The notes beneath the pieces were generated by a model. The model saw only the letters and a program-made list of their open reading frames with translations, did not search any database and was not told where the DNA came from. From positions 1 to 23,139 of the forward strand of contig NW_021836655.1 in assembly GCF_006345805.1 (NCBI RefSeq): 23,139 nucleotides of DNA, written 5' to 3'. This stretch comes from Octopus sinensis (Eukaryota). Made by a program: the position numbers and the translations under genes. Of the stretch, positions 19,446 through 23,139 are shown piece after piece (position 1 is the first letter of the stretch; each line of letters starts with the position of its first letter).

Positions 19446-19897
19446 TAATAATAATGATAATAATAATAAGAAGAAGAATAAGAATAAGAATAAGGAGAAG
19501 AATACTTTCTTACTATAGGCACAAGGCCTGAAATTTGGGGTGAGGGGACTAGTAAATTACATTGCCTCCAGTGCATAACTGGAACTTATTGAATCGACCC
19601 CAAAAGGATGAAAGGCAAAGTTGACCTTGGTGGAATTTGAACTCAGAATGTAGTGGCATATGAGTTGTAATAATAATAATAATAATAATAATGGCTTCAA
19701 ATTTTAACAGAAGGCCAGCTTGTTCTGGAGAGCAGGTAAATTGATTACATCGACCCCAGAACACAAAAGGTACTTATTTTATTGACCCCCCGAAAGGAAC
19801 AGGTTGATGTCCGGCAAAATTTGAACTCAGAACATAAAGGCAAACATAGCTGCCTAGCATTTTGCCCAGCATGCTAACGATTCTGCCAGCTCACCAC
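18828..19897 (-). mobile_element. Cluster of four head-to-tail SINE family B copies separated by (AAT)n tracts
   Basis: Copies at about 18828-19040, 19195-19385, 19500-19655 and 19693-19897. Each carries TTTGAACTCA(G/A)AA and is preceded on the plus strand by an AAT-type run. Confidence 0.75.
19395..19500 (+). repeat. (AAT)n grading into (AAG/AAT)n microsatellite
   Basis: Seen directly. Confidence 0.9.
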
Positions 19898-20005
19898 CCA
19901 AATAGTAGTAATAGTAATTAATAATAGTAATAGTAATTAATAATAATGATAACACCCTTCCTTTCCTATTTTATATCCTTCATATGTCCTTCTCTTCTTT
20001 TACTT

Positions 20006-20039
<34 letters not shown>

Positions 20040-20164
20040 CCCTCTCTCTCCTTTCAATATCACTTCAACATTTTATTTCCCTTTTACATAAACATGTATA
20101 TATTATGTGTGTTTGTGTGTATTTATATAGTGTACGTGTATATATGTATATATATCTTTTTATA

Positions 20165-20350
20165 TTCTTATACTTGTTTCAGTCATTTGACTGTGGCCAT
20201 ACTGGAGCACTGCCTTTAGTCAAACAAATTGACCCCAGACTTATTCTTTGTAAGCCTAGTACTTATTCTATTGGTGTCTTTTTGCTGAACTTTAAGTTAC
20301 AGGGATGTAACACCCACATCGGTTGGTCAAGCAATGTTAGTGGGACAAAA
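20165..20350 (-). mobile_element. SINE family A, 3' portion
   Basis: CTTGTTTCAGTCATTTGACTGTGGCCATACTGGAGCAC...GTAAGCCTAGTACTTATTCTAT matches 5580-5700. Confidence 0.75.
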
Positions 20351-20665
20351 ATAAAGACACAATTACGTACCTATTTGATTTCTTAGCTTATATTCTGTAA
20401 AATTGATTTAGAAATTTTGAATTTTCCATGCAAATAAAATCTAAAACTTTTTGTCATTAAAAATAATTTACATTTTCTTTCTCTTTCTTTAGAATTCATC
20501 AAATATTTTTGAAATGTTCAAAAAATATAAACTTTCTCTTCTTGTAAAAGTATTTGAAATCCTGGACACATTTTTTATAGTTTTAAAATGGTAGGAGGAA
20601 ATTAGCACAAACGTGAAGAGTGTGTGTATATATGTATGTATACAGTGTGTATCTCTCTCTCTCTC

Positions 20666-20706
<41 letters not shown>

Positions 20707-21768
20707 CTTTCCATCATTTAATCATTAGTACTTACTGTTTAATTAAAATATTAACTCCATTTCCTAATTTAGCTGATCCACAAATAGATTCGGTTAAAAT
20801 ATTTACCGGACTTAAAAAGAATGGCTGGTGCTAATACAATCAGTTAAATACATAAAAGCAATGCTCCAGCACGGCCGTGGTTCAATAAACTAAAGGAGTA
20901 AAACACATCAGCCACACATTACATTCATAACTTGAAATCTTTCTACCACCACGACCACCACCATTTAGTCTGTTAACCTATCTCTATAAATGACACACCC
21001 TCTCTTCAATTATTATTCATGTCTTTCTCATCCACAAATCTACACTTAAAAAAAAACCATCACTATTCTATTCCTCAACCAAGCTGATAATTCCACAGAA
21101 ATCTCCAAGAATATTTCTAAATTTACCAAATTATAACATAGACTATTCCTTCAAATACAATATTTAAATATAATTTATAAAAATATATCAAAACTATAAT
21201 CTCTTTTAATTTAATAGGATGTTTAACTTTTATAATGTCAGAATACAATTTATGAAGTTGAAATATTAAAATTATTTTTATAAACATTACATTTGAAATG
21301 TAACAAATATATTTGTTTAAAATAAATTAAAATTATGGCTTCTGTTGTTGATGTTTAACTAAAAATCAATTCTTATCTAATCACCCTATGGTCAGACCCC
21401 ACCCATAAGTTGTTATCATCTAACATGTTTTTAGGGGTTTTTTTGAGACTTTGTTCTTGGTTTTGTAGCAGAGTTTATAATAAATGCAGACAATATGAAG
21501 TAATTCTCAGAAGCAATCCATCTGATAAATAATATTGAAGATGGTGAGAAAACATATTTAATGCATTGCACATTAAAATGTGCTGAGAGAGAAAATATAT
21601 GTTTGTCACCAAATTGTTTAATATTTAAACAATTCTTTTTGTTTGCTTCAAGATAAAAATAGAAATGAAATCACCAGAACAATTCCATTTATATACAAAG
21701 TTTAATATTAAAATCAAATCAGTTAAAAAAATATATTTCATTGATTGAAAGAAGAAAAAGATCAATTA

Positions 21769-23114
21769 CACAACGTAACAATTTTCAAAAAAAATTTGTT
21801 TATTGTATTTTTTTTATTGTTTATCAATCTATTTTTTCTCTGATTCCAAAACTGAAATTATTTTTTGTGTTTCTCACATCAACAGTTAAAAAAATATGTC
21901 GACTTTCAATGTTATTATATTCGGTATTGTTATAATGTTCCGCTGACTAATGTATGTCTAATTTTCCCTTTCAGACCAATTACTAAGTTGTGCTACTTTC
22001 AGATGGCTTCTAGAATATGTAAAAATTCTCCAGATACATTTTGCTATGTGTGTGTTATTATAATTTGGAAAAAAGCAGGTATTACATAAGATCGTGAAAG
22101 GTGCCAAATTGTGGATAGCGTACAGACTATTTCGGAATGCCTATGGTGACCAGGACAAACCACGGGCCCCCACATGTGATATGTGAAAGCTGTCAGTCTA
22201 CTCTAATGATGGTTAAGAGGGTACAGGAAGGTCAATGCCTTTTGCCATTCCAAGGGTGTGGAGAAACAAAGAACCATCACGATGACTGTTACTTTTGTAT
22301 AATCATGTGACAAAGTACAGAAAAGTGAAAAGAAGACAATCTCTTCAGTATCCAGACATACCATCATCTAGAGCACCTGACAGTTACGAGTACCACTACC
22401 ACCAGAGAAAATATTTCATCTGACGAGTCAACAGTAGCAGAAGCCAAGAAATGTGGGAAGCTTTCGTACATGAACGACTCAGAGCCTCACCTTCCAAATC
22501 AGAGTGAGCTAGATGATTTAATCAGGGATCTGGGTCTTACTAAGTCAGGAGTTGAACTTGTTTCATCAAGTTGAAGGAATGGAATACTGGGGGAGACTGC
22601 AAGACATCTGTGAACTGGAAATGCATGAAGTTGAGGATCATGGTGAGAGATTTATCAGGACGTCGCAACTATGGAAAGAAGATACCAAGGACGATGGGAT
22701 ACTGCTATGATGGGAGATTATATATGGTCTCTAGTCAGAAGAGATGAAGGTATACACTCTAGAAAATCTCGATCGTCAAAGCACTTCTCATCTTAAAAAG
22801 AGTTATCAAGGCATTTACAGTGCAGAGTTTTATTGTTTCTTTTTGTTGTAACTAATATTATACTTCCTAAATACTTTTCAATCAATGAAAAATTACTAAA
22901 TGTTGTGTAATTATCCTTACAATACTAGAATAGATTGAACCAACAAAGTGCTGTAGAGAAAAGTTACAATATAACGAGCAAATATGAAATTAGGAATAAA
23001 TAAATAACTATATCGATGTTAGGTAAAAATGAATTTGATTTTTGAATTTAGTGGCAAAAAATGCTTATATGAACATTAAAAAATACAAATAAACAAAACA
23101 TGTGTTACATTGTG
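21769..23114 (+). mobile_element. Internally deleted, non-autonomous Chapaev3 (CMC superfamily) DNA transposon
   Basis: Termini CACAACGTAACA and TGTTACATTGTG match 11/12, with longer imperfect subterminal IRs. TTA is duplicated on both sides (21766-21768, 23115-23117). The element carries a transposase relic. Confidence 0.85.
22003..22796 (+). pseudogene. Degenerate Chapaev3-type transposase (N- and C-terminal parts only)
   Basis: After frame repair: MASRICKNSPDTFCYVC, GDQDKP(W/R)APH, PFAIPRVW, NHHDDCYFC, YPDIPSS, QSELDDLIRDLGLTKS, then a jump at ~22610-22640 to DHGERF.QDVATMERRYQGRWDTAMMGDY.W. Many frameshifts; the central catalytic region is absent. Confidence 0.85.
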
Positions 23115-23139
23115 TTAGTAGAGTCGTTAGAACGTTGGA

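Overview
AT-rich, microsatellite- and SINE-dense eukaryotic DNA. The repeat families resemble Octopus tRNA-derived SINEs, so the source is probably an octopus (inference from recall, not a database search). The main feature is a repeat-free 5.3 kb minus-strand coding block (15164->9832). The ORF track splits it into 945, 76, 390, 285 and 95 aa pieces. Every junction is a -1 shift that one restored base repairs, giving one intronless ORF of about 1,778 aa: a ~160 aa N-terminal segment followed by about six tandem NHL-like beta-propeller units of the type common in molluscan TRIM/NHL-like proteins. Three phase-compatible candidate upstream exons (18453-18374, 17284-17153, 16165-~16014) and a poly(A) signal (9377-9372) frame it. 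The rest of the window holds an internally deleted Chapaev3-type transposon with TIRs and a TTA TSD (21769-23114), a mariner MITE, foldback elements and many SINEs. It also has several near-perfect palindromes (52 bp, 96 bp, 201 bp, ~1.07 kb) and an orphan CpG-rich promoter-like patch with an RFX X-box and E2F sites (~6718-6831). No rRNA, intact tRNA or CRISPR array is present.
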